DNA of 64,000 nucleotides, from assembly GCA_963726455.1 (NCBI GenBank), contig CAVSCK010000004.1:480001-544000 (forward strand). Direction: 5' to 3'. Of this stretch, positions 21,809-31,718 are shown piece after piece. Numbering within the stretch: the first letter of the stretch is position 1; the number at the start of each line of letters is the position of its first letter. Origin of the DNA: an uncultured bacterium (GTDB lineage Bacteria > Zixibacteria > MSB-5A5 > CAIYYT01). A program made the position numbers and the translations under genes. The notes under the pieces were generated by a model, which saw nothing but the letters and a program-made list of their open reading frames with translations, made no database searches and was not told the origin of the DNA.

Positions 21809-22858
21809 TTACCGAGCTTTCAACGACGCGATATCGATCACGAAACGGTACTTGACATCACTCTTCACCACGCGATCGTAGGCCTCGTTGACCTTCTGGA
21901 TCGGAATCAGTTCAATGTCGCTCGTGACATTGTGCTTGCCGCAAAAGTCGAGCATCTCCTGCGTCTCGGCAATTCCGCCGATCATCGATCCGGCCAGAGT
22001 GTGGCGATGAGGCACCAGCGAAAACGCGCCGATTGGTATCGGCTTGTCCGGGATTCCGACCACGACAAATGCGCCGTCTACTCTCAAGAGCGATAGGTAT
22101 TGGTTCCAATCGATTTCCGCTGACACCGTGCAGACGATCAGATCAAAATAACCGCGCAACTTCGTAAACGTCTCCGGATCGGCTGTCGCGTAAAAGAAAT
22201 CCGCTCCCAGACGTTTGCCGTCCGCCTGTTTCGTAAGTGAATGACTCAGCACGGTGACCTCAGCGCCCAGCGCATGGCCAATTTTCACCCCCATGTGTCC
22301 CAATCCGCCCAAACCCACAATACCTACCTTCTTGCCCGGTCCGGCGTGCCAGTGCCGAAGCGGGGAGTAGAGCGTAATGCCGGCGCACAAAAGCGGCGCC
22401 GCTGCGTCCAGCGGAAGGTTATCCGGTATGTGCAGCACGTAATCTTCCTTGACCACAATTTTGTCGGAGTAGCCGCCATATGTCAAAGTACCGTCGTACT
22501 CTTTGCCATTGTAGGTGAACACCGCTCCCACATTGCAGTATTGCTCCAAACCTTGTTGGCATTGGGGACAGGTGCGGCACGAATCGACAAAGCAGCCGAC
22601 GCCGGCCTGGTCGCCTACTTTGAACTTGCTGACTTTCTTTCCGACCGCCGTGACGATTCCGGCGATCTCGTGGCCGGGAACCATGGGGAAGATCGCGTCT
22701 CCCCATTCCTCGCGCGCCTGATGAATATCCGAATGGCAAATTCCGCAGTACTTGATCTCGATCGCCACATCATTGTCTCGCGGTTCTCTCCGCTCAAACG
22801 AAAATGGTTTCAATGGCGCCTTGGCTGCGACAGCAGCATAACCTTGAGTCTTTAGCAT
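21809..22858 (-). CDS. Zn-dependent NAD(P) alcohol dehydrogenase (cinnamyl-ADH/YahK-like)
   Basis: CGICHSD, PGHE, CxxCxxC, PLLCAG, GLGGLG, YRFVID. Confidence 0.93.
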   Translation of the reverse strand: MLKTQGYAAVAAKAPLKPFSFERREPRDNDVAIEIKYCGICHSDIHQAREEWGDAIFPMVPGHEIAGIVTAVGKKVSKFKVGDQAGVGCFVDSCRTCPQCQQGLEQYCNVGAVFTYNGKEYDGTLTYGGYSDKIVVKEDYVLHIPDNLPLDAAAPLLCAGITLYSPLRHWHAGPGKKVGIVGLGGLGHMGVKIGHALGAEVTVLSHSLTKQADGKRLGADFFYATADPETFTKLRGYFDLIVCTVSAEIDWNQYLSLLRVDGAFVVVGIPDKPIPIGAFSLVPHRHTLAGSMIGGIAETQEMLDFCGKHNVTSDIELIPIQKVNEAYDRVVKSDVKYRFVIDIASLKAR

Positions 22859-23137
22859 TTCACATCCTTTTCTACGAACTTGTCTCCCCGAATAACAATG
22901 ATACGAAACTGCCTTCCATAAATGTAGTCCCGGCTGACTCCAATAACAACTATCTGTTACTGCGAACGGCCTTGCCACAAGATGCCTACGACGGTGGCGT
23001 CTTCAGGCGTTTCCAGGCATTCTGAACGAGGATACATTTGCTTACGTATACAAGAATTTCCACTTGATACAAAGTGCCGCTTGCAAAAATCCCCTCTTGA
23101 GAGGGGATAATAGGGGTGTGTTCTTGATCCTTCCTGC

Positions 23138-24601
23138 TTATGTCGACGCTTTAACCTTCGGCTTTGATTTCTTGCCGTCGGCGTTCGCCTTTTGATCGGC
23201 GTCGCTTTCCAGCGCCAGTTTCCCGTTACGATTTTCTATTTTCGTGGGATATTTGCCCGAAAAACAGGCTACGCAGAAGTCTTCCTTCGGCAGGGAATGC
23301 ATGGACAGCATTGCGTCTATGGAGAGATAACCAATTGAATCGACTCCCAAGTATTTGCCGATCTCCTCAACCGTCATATGTGACGCGATCAATTCTTCCT
23401 TCGTCGGCATATCGATTCCGTAAAAACAGGGCGATATGATCGGCGGGGAAGAGATCCGCAGATGAATTTCCTTCGCGCCCGCCTCACGCAACATCTGAAT
23501 CAGCTTCTTCATCGTCGTCCCGCGCACCACTGAGTCATCCACGATCACGACGCGCTTATCCTTCAACACACCCTTGACCGGATTGAATTTCACTTTGACG
23601 TCCAGATCGCGGATATCCTGTTTGGGATCGATAAACGTTCTCCCAACATAGTGATTGCGAATAAACCCGAATTCAAACGGTATCTTGGATTGTTCCGAAA
23701 ATCCCAGCGTCGCCGTGTTGGACGAGTCCGGCACCGAAATTACGATATCTGCATCTGCGGGATGCTGCAGCGCCAGATACCGTCCCAGCCGCCGTCTCAC
23801 CTTGTCGACGTTCTCGCCGAATATTTTCGAATCAGGCCGCGCAAAATAGATGAACTCAAAAATACAGAAGGCGTGCTTGGTTTCCTTGAACGGGAAATGT
23901 GACTTCAGCCCGCTCTCATTAATCTCTATGATTTCCCCCGGCAGAACATCGCGCACATATTCGGCGCCGATCAGGTCGAAAGAGCACGTTTCCGATGCCA
24001 CCACCCAACTCTGTCCCAGCTTGCCAAGTGCCAGCGGCCGAAATCCATGCGGATCGCGGGCCGCTACGAGCGTCTCTTTCGTAAGGAACAGCATGCAGTA
24101 AGCGCCCTGCACCTTCCGCAACGCATCACCGATCATCTCGACCAGCGTCGGCTTCTTGCTCTTGGCGATCAGGTGCAATGGTATTTCAGTATCCGAGGTC
24201 GTCTGGAATATCGAACCCGCGTCTTCCAGACCTTTCTTGAGCGATTCCGCATTGGTCAGATTGCCGTTGTGCGCCGCCGCCAGCTTTTCGCCCTTGAAAT
24301 TTATCACGAGCGGCTGGACGTTGCGCAGGGAAGATGAGCCCGCCGTCGAATAGCGATTGTGGCCGATGGCTCGGTCGCCTTTAAGAACGGACAGCTTTTC
24401 CTGTCGCCCAAAGACTTCGGCAACTTCACCTTGGCCACGAACTTCATTCAGGGTGTTGCCGTCGAAGGTGACAATTCCTGCCCCTTCCTGACCCCGATGT
24501 TGCAGCGCATACAGACCGAAGTAGGTTAACTCGGCGGCGTTCCTCGCCCCGAAAATCCCAAATACGCCGCATTCACAATAGATGTCTTCTGACACGTTCA
24601 C
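23138..24601 (-). CDS. purF: Amidophosphoribosyltransferase
   Basis: Short propeptide then CGVFG; LQHRGQE, GHNRYST, VDDSVVRGTT; Fe-S cysteines. Confidence 0.97.
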   Translation of the reverse strand: MNVSEDIYCECGVFGIFGARNAAELTYFGLYALQHRGQEGAGIVTFDGNTLNEVRGQGEVAEVFGRQEKLSVLKGDRAIGHNRYSTAGSSSLRNVQPLVINFKGEKLAAAHNGNLTNAESLKKGLEDAGSIFQTTSDTEIPLHLIAKSKKPTLVEMIGDALRKVQGAYCMLFLTKETLVAARDPHGFRPLALGKLGQSWVVASETCSFDLIGAEYVRDVLPGEIIEINESGLKSHFPFKETKHAFCIFEFIYFARPDSKIFGENVDKVRRRLGRYLALQHPADADIVISVPDSSNTATLGFSEQSKIPFEFGFIRNHYVGRTFIDPKQDIRDLDVKVKFNPVKGVLKDKRVVIVDDSVVRGTTMKKLIQMLREAGAKEIHLRISSPPIISPCFYGIDMPTKEELIASHMTVEEIGKYLGVDSIGYLSIDAMLSMHSLPKEDFCVACFSGKYPTKIENRNGKLALESDADQKANADGKKSKPKVKAST

Positions 24602-24898
24602 TCCAGAAAGGAAGTCAATGTATCGTTCTCCCTCTCGCTGTCAAGCGTTTAACCTCCTGACCGGTATAAAGAATACGTATGCCGTTGGAGGTAGTCGCTG
24701 CAGCAAATATGAATTGCTCTGCACATCTCTTAGGTTTTATACGTCTAGAATACTATATTCACGCCGCCTGACCGCCGATCGGGCGCCCTATTGTATTGAT
24801 ATTGAATGGGATACCGGAGGCAGTTCAGTTATTGAACAGCCGTGTCGGAACCCGTTTGTATAACCGTCTACGGCATAGAGTTTGCGCTTTGACGTTTC

Positions 24899-25648
24899 GT
24901 GAGCACGATGGAGAATAAAGACAGTCTAAAGTACCGTTCGCTACGTACTATACTTTCTGCGCCACAAGAGCCCCAGGAAGCACAGGCGATATTGCATGAG
25001 GCCCTGGCGACCGCTCTCGACGCTTTGGGTATAGCTGCAGGCTCAATTGCGATCCTCAGCAAGGACGGCAAGGAGCTCGTCGATGTCCGCCACGGCGATT
25101 CCGTTCTGCTCGGCCAGCTTGGCGCACTCGAACAACGGATGCTCGCTTCGTTGCGCAATAACTTCGGTCTTGAAAATATCTACTCAACTTTGAACTACGA
25201 AGGCGAGAAATCCCTTTTCTCGTACATGATCAAAGCCGGCAACGATAACCTTGGCGCTGTCTCCGGGATCTGCATCGGCAGCCGCAACATCGCACTCGAA
25301 GAGGAATTCATCGCGGTCATTGCCACCGCACTTCGGCTGCTTTTTGGTCAGGCCGGCCAACTCGATACCGTGCGGGTCGAGGCCGTAAAGGAAACTACCA
25401 TCACGCTAAATCACGAGATCAATAACCCCTTGACCGCCGTGCTGGGCAACGTTCAGTTGTTACTTATGAAGGGGAAGGACCTGCCCGAGGATGTTCGCAC
25501 GCGACTGCTGATGATCGAACAAAGCAGTCTTCGCATTCGCGATGCGGTCTCCAAGCTTCTGAATCTGAAAGAAGCCAAGTCGACAACCTACCTCGACGAC
25601 ACGAAGATGATTGATCTTCAGGATTCTGAAGGCGGCGAAGGCAAGTAG
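24899..25648 (+). CDS. GAF-like plus HisKA phosphoacceptor protein lacking a HATPase domain
   Basis: H-box TLNHEINNPLT near the C-terminus; no N/G1/G2 boxes. Confidence 0.75.
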   Translation: MSTMENKDSLKYRSLRTILSAPQEPQEAQAILHEALATALDALGIAAGSIAILSKDGKELVDVRHGDSVLLGQLGALEQRMLASLRNNFGLENIYSTLNYEGEKSLFSYMIKAGNDNLGAVSGICIGSRNIALEEEFIAVIATALRLLFGQAGQLDTVRVEAVKETTITLNHEINNPLTAVLGNVQLLLMKGKDLPEDVRTRLLMIEQSSLRIRDAVSKLLNLKEAKSTTYLDDTKMIDLQDSEGGEGK

Positions 25649-26016
25649 CCGCGATCGTTTTCCGCCCGCGCGTGCTTACGATATAGCAGATGAAATAGTA
25701 TCAGCCCGATCCCAATGAACAATGGCACCATCGCGATAACTACCTCGCCCCCGATCGGGTCGTTGGCCGCCGACGACTGAAACGCCATCCCGACTAGAAG
25801 TCCTATGCCTGCTGCCGCGGAAACAATTCCTGCCTTCAGACTGCCATAGCTCTCCCGCTCCAGCGGCAGACTCATGCCCTGTTTGATCATCGCCAGTCGT
25901 ATCTCGTGGTTCATCTGAATTCGCTTATATACGAACATGTAAACCAAATAGGCGATCAGGGCAAAGAACCCCAGGCCCAGAACGATTCCGGCAAACATTC
26001 CCATCATATCAGACAT
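25618..26016 (-). CDS. Small membrane protein (DUF6249-like), divergent from the ECF sigma gene
   Basis: Three hydrophobic segments, HEIRLAMIKQG, PLFIGIG. Confidence 0.7.
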   Translation of the reverse strand: MSDMMGMFAGIVLGLGFFALIAYLVYMFVYKRIQMNHEIRLAMIKQGMSLPLERESYGSLKAGIVSAAAGIGLLVGMAFQSSAANDPIGGEVVIAMVPLFIGIGLILFHLLYRKHARAENDRGYLPSPPSES

Positions 26017-26123
26017 ATTAACTCGCCACATATTTTGTCCTCGCTGCCAATTTTGACTCGCGGAGTGACTCTTTTGTTTCATTCGTGCAACTTTCTTCCT
26101 CTAACTTCAGTCTATATATCTGT

Positions 26124-26696
26124 ATGGAGTCAACGATAATCGACCAGGACCGCGAACTGCTTGAACGCGCTCGACAGGGACAGCGGCTCGCCCTGACGGC
26201 TCTCACCAACAAATATCGTGCACGCGTCTACACATTGATCAGCCGCATGGTCGACGACTCCGGCCGCGCCGAGGAATTGGCGCTCGAAACTTTCATCCGC
26301 GCGTTCAAAAACCTCAAGAACTTCCGTGGCGACGCCAAATTCTCAAGCTGGCTATATCGCATCGCCGTCAATACCGCTCTGGCCGAAAGGGCCAAAAAAC
26401 GGCTGGACCAGGTCTCTCTCGAATCTATCGAATATCTTCCGGCTGACTGCTCAACTCAACCCGATCATGTGTATCAGGGACTGTTCTGCAGCAAGGTCGT
26501 CGATGAGGCGCTGGCTCAGTTGCCGCCACATTATGCGATTGCCTTGCGACTGTTCTACCTGAAAGGCGTCGGCTACGTCGAGATCGCCGAGATGATGAAG
26601 ATTCCGATCGGCACCGTTAAGACATACTTGCACCGGGGCAAACAAGCTCTGCGCGCGGTAATCTCGGGCAAGTATTCGCGGGAGGATTTGTTGTGA
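26124..26696 (+). CDS. ECF sigma-70 factor
   Basis: FRGDAKFSSWLYRIAVN and the region-4 motif EIAEMMKIPIGTVKTYLHRG. Confidence 0.93.
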   Translation: MESTIIDQDRELLERARQGQRLALTALTNKYRARVYTLISRMVDDSGRAEELALETFIRAFKNLKNFRGDAKFSSWLYRIAVNTALAERAKKRLDQVSLESIEYLPADCSTQPDHVYQGLFCSKVVDEALAQLPPHYAIALRLFYLKGVGYVEIAEMMKIPIGTVKTYLHRGKQALRAVISGKYSREDLL

Positions 26697-27223
26697 TGCG
26701 CTGTTCCGATGTTCATAGGAATTTGCCAGCGTTCCTCGACGGTTCACTCGAGGCCACCGAAAACGAATCGATTCGCGCGCATCTCGACCGCTGTCCGTCT
26801 TGTGCCGGCGCAATCACTAACGAACGGCTGCTCGGTGCTGCTGAATTGGAGGACGTCAGTTCTCCCGGTCTCTTCACCGAGAAACTCCTTGGTAATTTCG
26901 CTGAGCCGACAATTTCGCTGATACTATTCCGCTATTTCTGCGCAATCTTCGCCGCCAGCGCCGGATTGGGAGTGTCGATTTTTGCTTTCTGGCGGCATTT
27001 CTCGCAGCCCAAACAGACCGCCGTTGCCCGACTCGACTGGGATTCACTCGCAAATCTGCCGACGTCTCTTCCTTGGCTTGAACAGATTACAGCCAGTCCT
27101 GCGTTTCATTACGCCCTTTGGGCTCTTGCCGCAACTATCCTGAGCGCTCTGCTGATCGTGCTCGTAGACTTGCCGCGTCGTCGCCGGCTCGATCCGATTC
27201 ATCTTTACAAGCACCACAACTAG
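26693..27223 (+). CDS. Zinc-finger (zf-HC2) membrane anti-sigma factor
   Basis: HLDRCPSC, two TM segments, overlaps the sigma gene stop. Confidence 0.85.
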   Translation: MMRCSDVHRNLPAFLDGSLEATENESIRAHLDRCPSCAGAITNERLLGAAELEDVSSPGLFTEKLLGNFAEPTISLILFRYFCAIFAASAGLGVSIFAFWRHFSQPKQTAVARLDWDSLANLPTSLPWLEQITASPAFHYALWALAATILSALLIVLVDLPRRRRLDPIHLYKHHN

Positions 27224-27294
27224 TCATAGAAAAGCGAAGGCAACCACCTCGTGAATGGTTGCCCTGTATTCAGTCTCTGGTAGAACTCCCTACT

Positions 27295-28830
27295 TTACTT
27301 ACCGCATGCCGGCGCCCAAACCTCTGCTCCACACGGCGCGGGACCGCCGCTGAAGATGTATGCTATAATGTAGACTGCATCCGAAATATCAACGCTGCAA
27401 TCGCAGTTGGCATCTCCCGAGCAAATAGCGAACGGTGCCGGCGCCGGTCCGCCCGCAAAGATGTACTGTATTATGTATACCGCGTCTGAGATATCAACCG
27501 ACAGATCGGCATTGGCGTCGCCAACCACGCAACTGTTGGTTATCGGCGCTCGGCAAGTGCAGGTAACCGGCGGCGGTCCACCCTGAAAGATGCTCGCCTT
27601 CAGGTAATTCAAATCCGCCATCGTAATAAAACAGTCGCCGTTTACGTCTCCGTTGGCCAATGGAACCGGAGAAGGTCCCTGTTGGAAGAGATACTCCCCT
27701 AGATACGTTATGTCGCCGACGTCAATGATTCCGTCACTATTGACATCTCCCGGCTTCTGATAGGCGCACGTGTCGCAAAGTGCAGGATTGACGCAAGTAC
27801 ATGTTACCGGCGGCTGGCCTCCCTGAAATACGAAACGCCGCAGGAAATTCACGTCATTCGTGTCAATACAGCAGTCACCATTAGGATCACCATTAGCGCG
27901 CGGCACTGGCGCCGGGCCGACTCCAACCAGGTAATCGACGAGAAAGCTAATGTCGCTGATATCGATTGTGCCGCTACCATCCGCGTCTCCCGGTTTCTGA
28001 TATGCACAGGTGTCGCACAGAGCAGGATTAATGCACGTACAAGTTACCGGCGGCGGGCCTCCCTGAAATACGAAACGCCGCAGGAAGTTCACGTCATTCG
28101 TGTCAATACAGCAGTCACCGTTCGGATCGCCGTTTGCGCGCGGCACAGGCGCTGGGCCGACTCCAGTCAAGTATTCGACCAGGAAGTTTATGTCGCTGAT
28201 ATCTATTGTGCCGCTGCCATCTGCGTCTCCCGGCTTCTGGTAGGCGCAAGTGTCACACAGTGCCGGATTCATGCAGGTACACGTCACCGGCGGCTGGCCT
28301 CCTTGGAACACAAAACGCCGTAGAAAATTGACGTCATTCGTGTCAATACAGCAATCACCGTTGGGATCGCCGTTGGCACGAGGATCGGGCGCGGGACCGA
28401 TCCCGACTAAGTAGGCGACCAGGAAGTTTATGTCACTGATGTCAATTGAACCGCTGCCGTCTGCATCTCCCGGCTTCTGAATTGCACAAGTGTCAATGAA
28501 TATCGTGTCTTTCATGGTCGCGGGATGAATGGCACAATGATAGGGAAACGGACCCAGCCCATCAGACTTGGTAAACACTACACTGAAAGTTTGGCCCACG
28601 CTCAGGTTTCCCGAATTCCATGCTTTCGGTGATGTCACATCGGACGTTGTCGTATGTAAGGTGCCGCCGACCATCGTCCATTTGACGGTATCGTTCCAGG
28701 CAACCTTCGTATTCGCCGGCGTAAACGCGAAGTCACTGATGCTAATTTGATGCGTCGTGGCAAGAACTTGCGCTACGAGTAGACACCAAATCATCATCGT
28801 TAGTGGCAATAGCTTGACTCTTGCTGACAT
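27295..28830 (-). CDS. Secreted plastocyanin-like cupredoxin with five dockerin-like repeats
   Basis: Signal peptide; type-1 Cu ligands H...YHCAIHPATM; five GDA/VxxxGxxDISD modules. Confidence 0.85.
   Translation of the reverse strand: MSARVKLLPLTMMIWCLLVAQVLATTHQISISDFAFTPANTKVAWNDTVKWTMVGGTLHTTTSDVTSPKAWNSGNLSVGQTFSVVFTKSDGLGPFPYHCAIHPATMKDTIFIDTCAIQKPGDADGSGSIDISDINFLVAYLVGIGPAPDPRANGDPNGDCCIDTNDVNFLRRFVFQGGQPPVTCTCMNPALCDTCAYQKPGDADGSGTIDISDINFLVEYLTGVGPAPVPRANGDPNGDCCIDTNDVNFLRRFVFQGGPPPVTCTCINPALCDTCAYQKPGDADGSGTIDISDISFLVDYLVGVGPAPVPRANGDPNGDCCIDTNDVNFLRRFVFQGGQPPVTCTCVNPALCDTCAYQKPGDVNSDGIIDVGDITYLGEYLFQQGPSPVPLANGDVNGDCFITMADLNYLKASIFQGGPPPVTCTCRAPITNSCVVGDANADLSVDISDAVYIIQYIFAGGPAPAPFAICSGDANCDCSVDISDAVYIIAYIFSGGPAPCGAEVWAPACGK
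27770..28490 (-). repeat. Three near-identical 240-bp (80-aa) coding tandem repeats, with a diverged fourth copy at about 27530-27770
   Basis: The unit QKPGDADGSG..DCCIDTNDVNFLRRFVFQGG.PPVTCTC recurs with a 240-bp period. Confidence 0.92.
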
Positions 28831-28968
28831 GATACCTCCACTGGCGGGGATACAATCCTGCCCTGTCATCGAACGCGCTCATTCGACGATCGGCTTTAGA
28901 ACACTTTCTTGTCTTACTGTTATAAGATAGCCCCAAGTGCCGGTTTTGTCAAGTGGGCAGAACGCAGT

Positions 28969-29769
28969 TTAGCGGCCTTCGTTCGGTTTTAAGTAGCGGA
29001 CAATCCTGCTGCCCAGTTCCTGCGAAAGTTCCGGTTGCGTGAGCAGCAGCATATTGCCGTAATGGTAGGAATTATAGACCTTGACGTCCAGCGGTCGCGG
29101 CAGGAGATCTGATAACAAGGTACAGGACTCCAGCGAGTAGACATCTTTGTCGGAGGTTGCGATGAACAGCGGACGGTCACCATACTTCTTGATTGGTTCA
29201 GCTATCCGCAGGCCGTTGTATTCCAGCGCCGGTGAAATTAAACCGGTGAATTTCACGTTCGGATGATTGGCGGCGAAGATCATCGCGGTATTGGCCCCCA
29301 GCTCAGCGCCTACAATCGCGATATTGTTTGAATCAATCATGTTGCCATGCTTCAGCAGCACCTGTTGCAGCATCTGCTCCACGTCTCCCGGATACTTGGA
29401 AAACTCACCGACATAGAATGTATTCGGCGGCCGATTACGCTGGGTGCGGAAGTCGAAAATCGAGTAACCATATCCGCGCATATCCATCGCAAATACTACC
29501 AGCCCCTTATTGCAAAGCGGTTCTTCGAATTCCTTCCACGTGGCATGTGTCTCGGTAGATTGGTGCAGCAATATGACCAGCGGCAACTTTGCCTTCCCGA
29601 TCGTCTTGGGAAAATACAGTTGCCCCACCAACTCCAGACTGTCGGGCGACATTACCGTGATCTCTGCCGAGTCCGGTGCCGGGAACTGTCTGCCGTCGGC
29701 TACTTCCGCCATGCCGATGCCGACTGCAATTGCCAGGAGGAGCGTGATGAGGGAACGAAAGGTAAGCAT
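28969..29769 (-). CDS. Secreted alpha/beta-fold hydrolase-like protein
   Basis: Signal peptide, VILLH, DMRGYG, GAELG nucleophile elbow, LISP, C-terminal His. Confidence 0.8.
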   Translation of the reverse strand: MLTFRSLITLLLAIAVGIGMAEVADGRQFPAPDSAEITVMSPDSLELVGQLYFPKTIGKAKLPLVILLHQSTETHATWKEFEEPLCNKGLVVFAMDMRGYGYSIFDFRTQRNRPPNTFYVGEFSKYPGDVEQMLQQVLLKHGNMIDSNNIAIVGAELGANTAMIFAANHPNVKFTGLISPALEYNGLRIAEPIKKYGDRPLFIATSDKDVYSLESCTLLSDLLPRPLDVKVYNSYHYGNMLLLTQPELSQELGSRIVRYLKPNEGR

Positions 29770-29775
29770 ATTAGG

Positions 29776-30924
29776 TTAGATCACTGTGCTTTCATCGCGC
29801 AACGCCGTTTCGACGAAACGATGCGGCGATAGGGGGGATATATCGAAAGAAGTCTTTTCACCGCAGACCAATTCTGACGTCACAATTCCGGCGGCCGGCG
29901 CGTGCATAAAACCATGTCCGGAAAATCCGGTGCAGTGGAACAGCCGGGGAAATGCGCCGCTTGATCCAATTATGGCGTGATGATCCGGCGTCGTCTCATA
30001 CAGGCCGCCCCAGGCCGCCTTGATCTCCGCCGTCTCCAACTGAGGAATTCGATCCAGCCCCTTCATCAGAATCGTATCCGTATATTCCGGATCCGTCGAT
30101 TCGTCGTAACCTTCGGGAGTGTCCTTATCCGCCCAACCCAGTAACAACCCGCCCGATTCCTTGTGAGTGTAAAGCCCCGAGCCGATATCAACCACCATCG
30201 GAAATGATGAGCCGATAAAATCCAGCGGCGCTGTCGTGACGATCTGGCGCTTGATCGGCGCCACCGGTAGGTCAATTCCCACGAATGCGGCTATCTGCCG
30301 TGAATAGGGACCTGCGGCATTGATCACGGTATCGGTGATCAGTTCGCCATTGTTCGTTGTCACCGATGATATCTTGTCTCCCGATGTCTTGATCCCGGTC
30401 GCTTCTGTTTCCAGCAAAAACTTGACACCCAACCGGCGGGCGGCGCTGACATACCCCTGCGTAAATTGATGCGGATCGCCAATCCCATCCTTCTTCGAAT
30501 ACGTGCCGGCAATTATATCATCCACGCGCAACGGAGGCGCCAGCTTCGCAATATCATCGCGCGACATCCACTGGGCCGGAACTCCCAAACGTTTCCACAT
30601 ATCGAATTGCGAGCGAAACGTCCTGACCTGATCCTCGGAGGTTAAGACAAATAGGTAACCCACCTGATCGAATTCCACTTCAGCATCCATATCCCTGGCG
30701 AAGGTTTCGAATTTGTCCTCGGATAAAAGCGACATCCGAACGTTAATTTCCGAACTGAACTGCGCCCTGATTCCACCCGCGCATTTTGCGGTCGAGCCGT
30801 TGCCCAGATATTGCTCTTTCTCGACAACCGCGATTCTGCCGACCTTTTTCGCCGCCAGGTGATATGCCGTTGCCACACCGATTATTCCGCCACCTATTAT
30901 CACGACATCATAACTATCAGACAT
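29776..30924 (-). CDS. FAD-dependent oxidoreductase (sarcosine oxidase beta/DAO family)
   Basis: GGGIIG, AGGIRAQF, TPDHHAIIG, GFSGHGFM. Confidence 0.92.
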   Translation of the reverse strand: MSDSYDVVIIGGGIIGVATAYHLAAKKVGRIAVVEKEQYLGNGSTAKCAGGIRAQFSSEINVRMSLLSEDKFETFARDMDAEVEFDQVGYLFVLTSEDQVRTFRSQFDMWKRLGVPAQWMSRDDIAKLAPPLRVDDIIAGTYSKKDGIGDPHQFTQGYVSAARRLGVKFLLETEATGIKTSGDKISSVTTNNGELITDTVINAAGPYSRQIAAFVGIDLPVAPIKRQIVTTAPLDFIGSSFPMVVDIGSGLYTHKESGGLLLGWADKDTPEGYDESTDPEYTDTILMKGLDRIPQLETAEIKAAWGGLYETTPDHHAIIGSSGAFPRLFHCTGFSGHGFMHAPAAGIVTSELVCGEKTSFDISPLSPHRFVETALRDESTVI

Positions 30925-31101
30925 TACAATCCTCCTCCAGAGGTCAGGCAGTATTCTAGCCAATTACCGTCTGGAGTCAAGTAATTTCAGGTCGCGCGCA
31001 TGCGCTGCATCGAAGCAATTTAGACATTCAAAGTCGTCTCTCAGTGACACTAGATTCATGATCAGAAATTGACTGAATGAGCATCGGAGACTGCTACCGG
31101 A

Positions 31102-31552
31102 TTAATATGCCAGTGCCAGTATTTCGCTGACCTGTTCCAGAAACCGCTTGTCCTGATCAGTGAATGCAGCCGGAGTACGTCGAGTCGATGTCAATTTCAC
31201 CGACAACCTTGCCGTCTTTGAAGATCGGCACGACAATTTCCGATTTCGTTTCTATTGAGCAAGCCAGATAGCGCGGGTCTGCATTCACATCGTCGACGAT
31301 CAGTGTCTCTTCCGATTCAACCGCTGCGCCGCAGATTCCCGAACCCACTTTAATCCGCGTATGTGGTGACGGCTTGCCGAGAAACGGTCCCAACACCAGG
31401 ACATCGTCCGGCTTGAGATCGTAAATTCCCACCCAATTGTAGCTGGAGAAATTCTCCTTCAGCAGCCTGACCGCCTCCAGAGGAAGCTTTTTGACTGCAT
31501 CATTATCTGCGGAAATCACCCTCAAACGGGCGAGGATTTCTGACTGTGTCAC
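31102..31552 (-). CDS. GAF-domain protein, MsrC-like free Met-R-sulfoxide reductase (apparent frameshift near 31178)
   Basis: NWVGIY, LGPF.G, GICG, YLACS..SEIVVP, DIDS. The shifted frame gives AFTDQDKRFLEQV. Confidence 0.85.
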
Positions 31553-31718
31553 CTGACTTTTCGTCTCCTAATCTGCACGATTCCGGTAGTGATTCTAATT
31601 CCTTCATATTCTACGACATAGCCGCCGCAAATGTGCCAGCAATTTAGCTCGAAATCCCGCCTTGTCAACCCCGCTCACGGGCTTCAGCACAATGCAACAC
31701 CTGCCGATGCCTTAATGT

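Noticed and set aside
27530-28490. Diversity-generating retroelement TR/VR pair
   Set aside because: The repeats are in-frame coding duplications, differences are not adenine-specific, and there is no reverse transcriptase.
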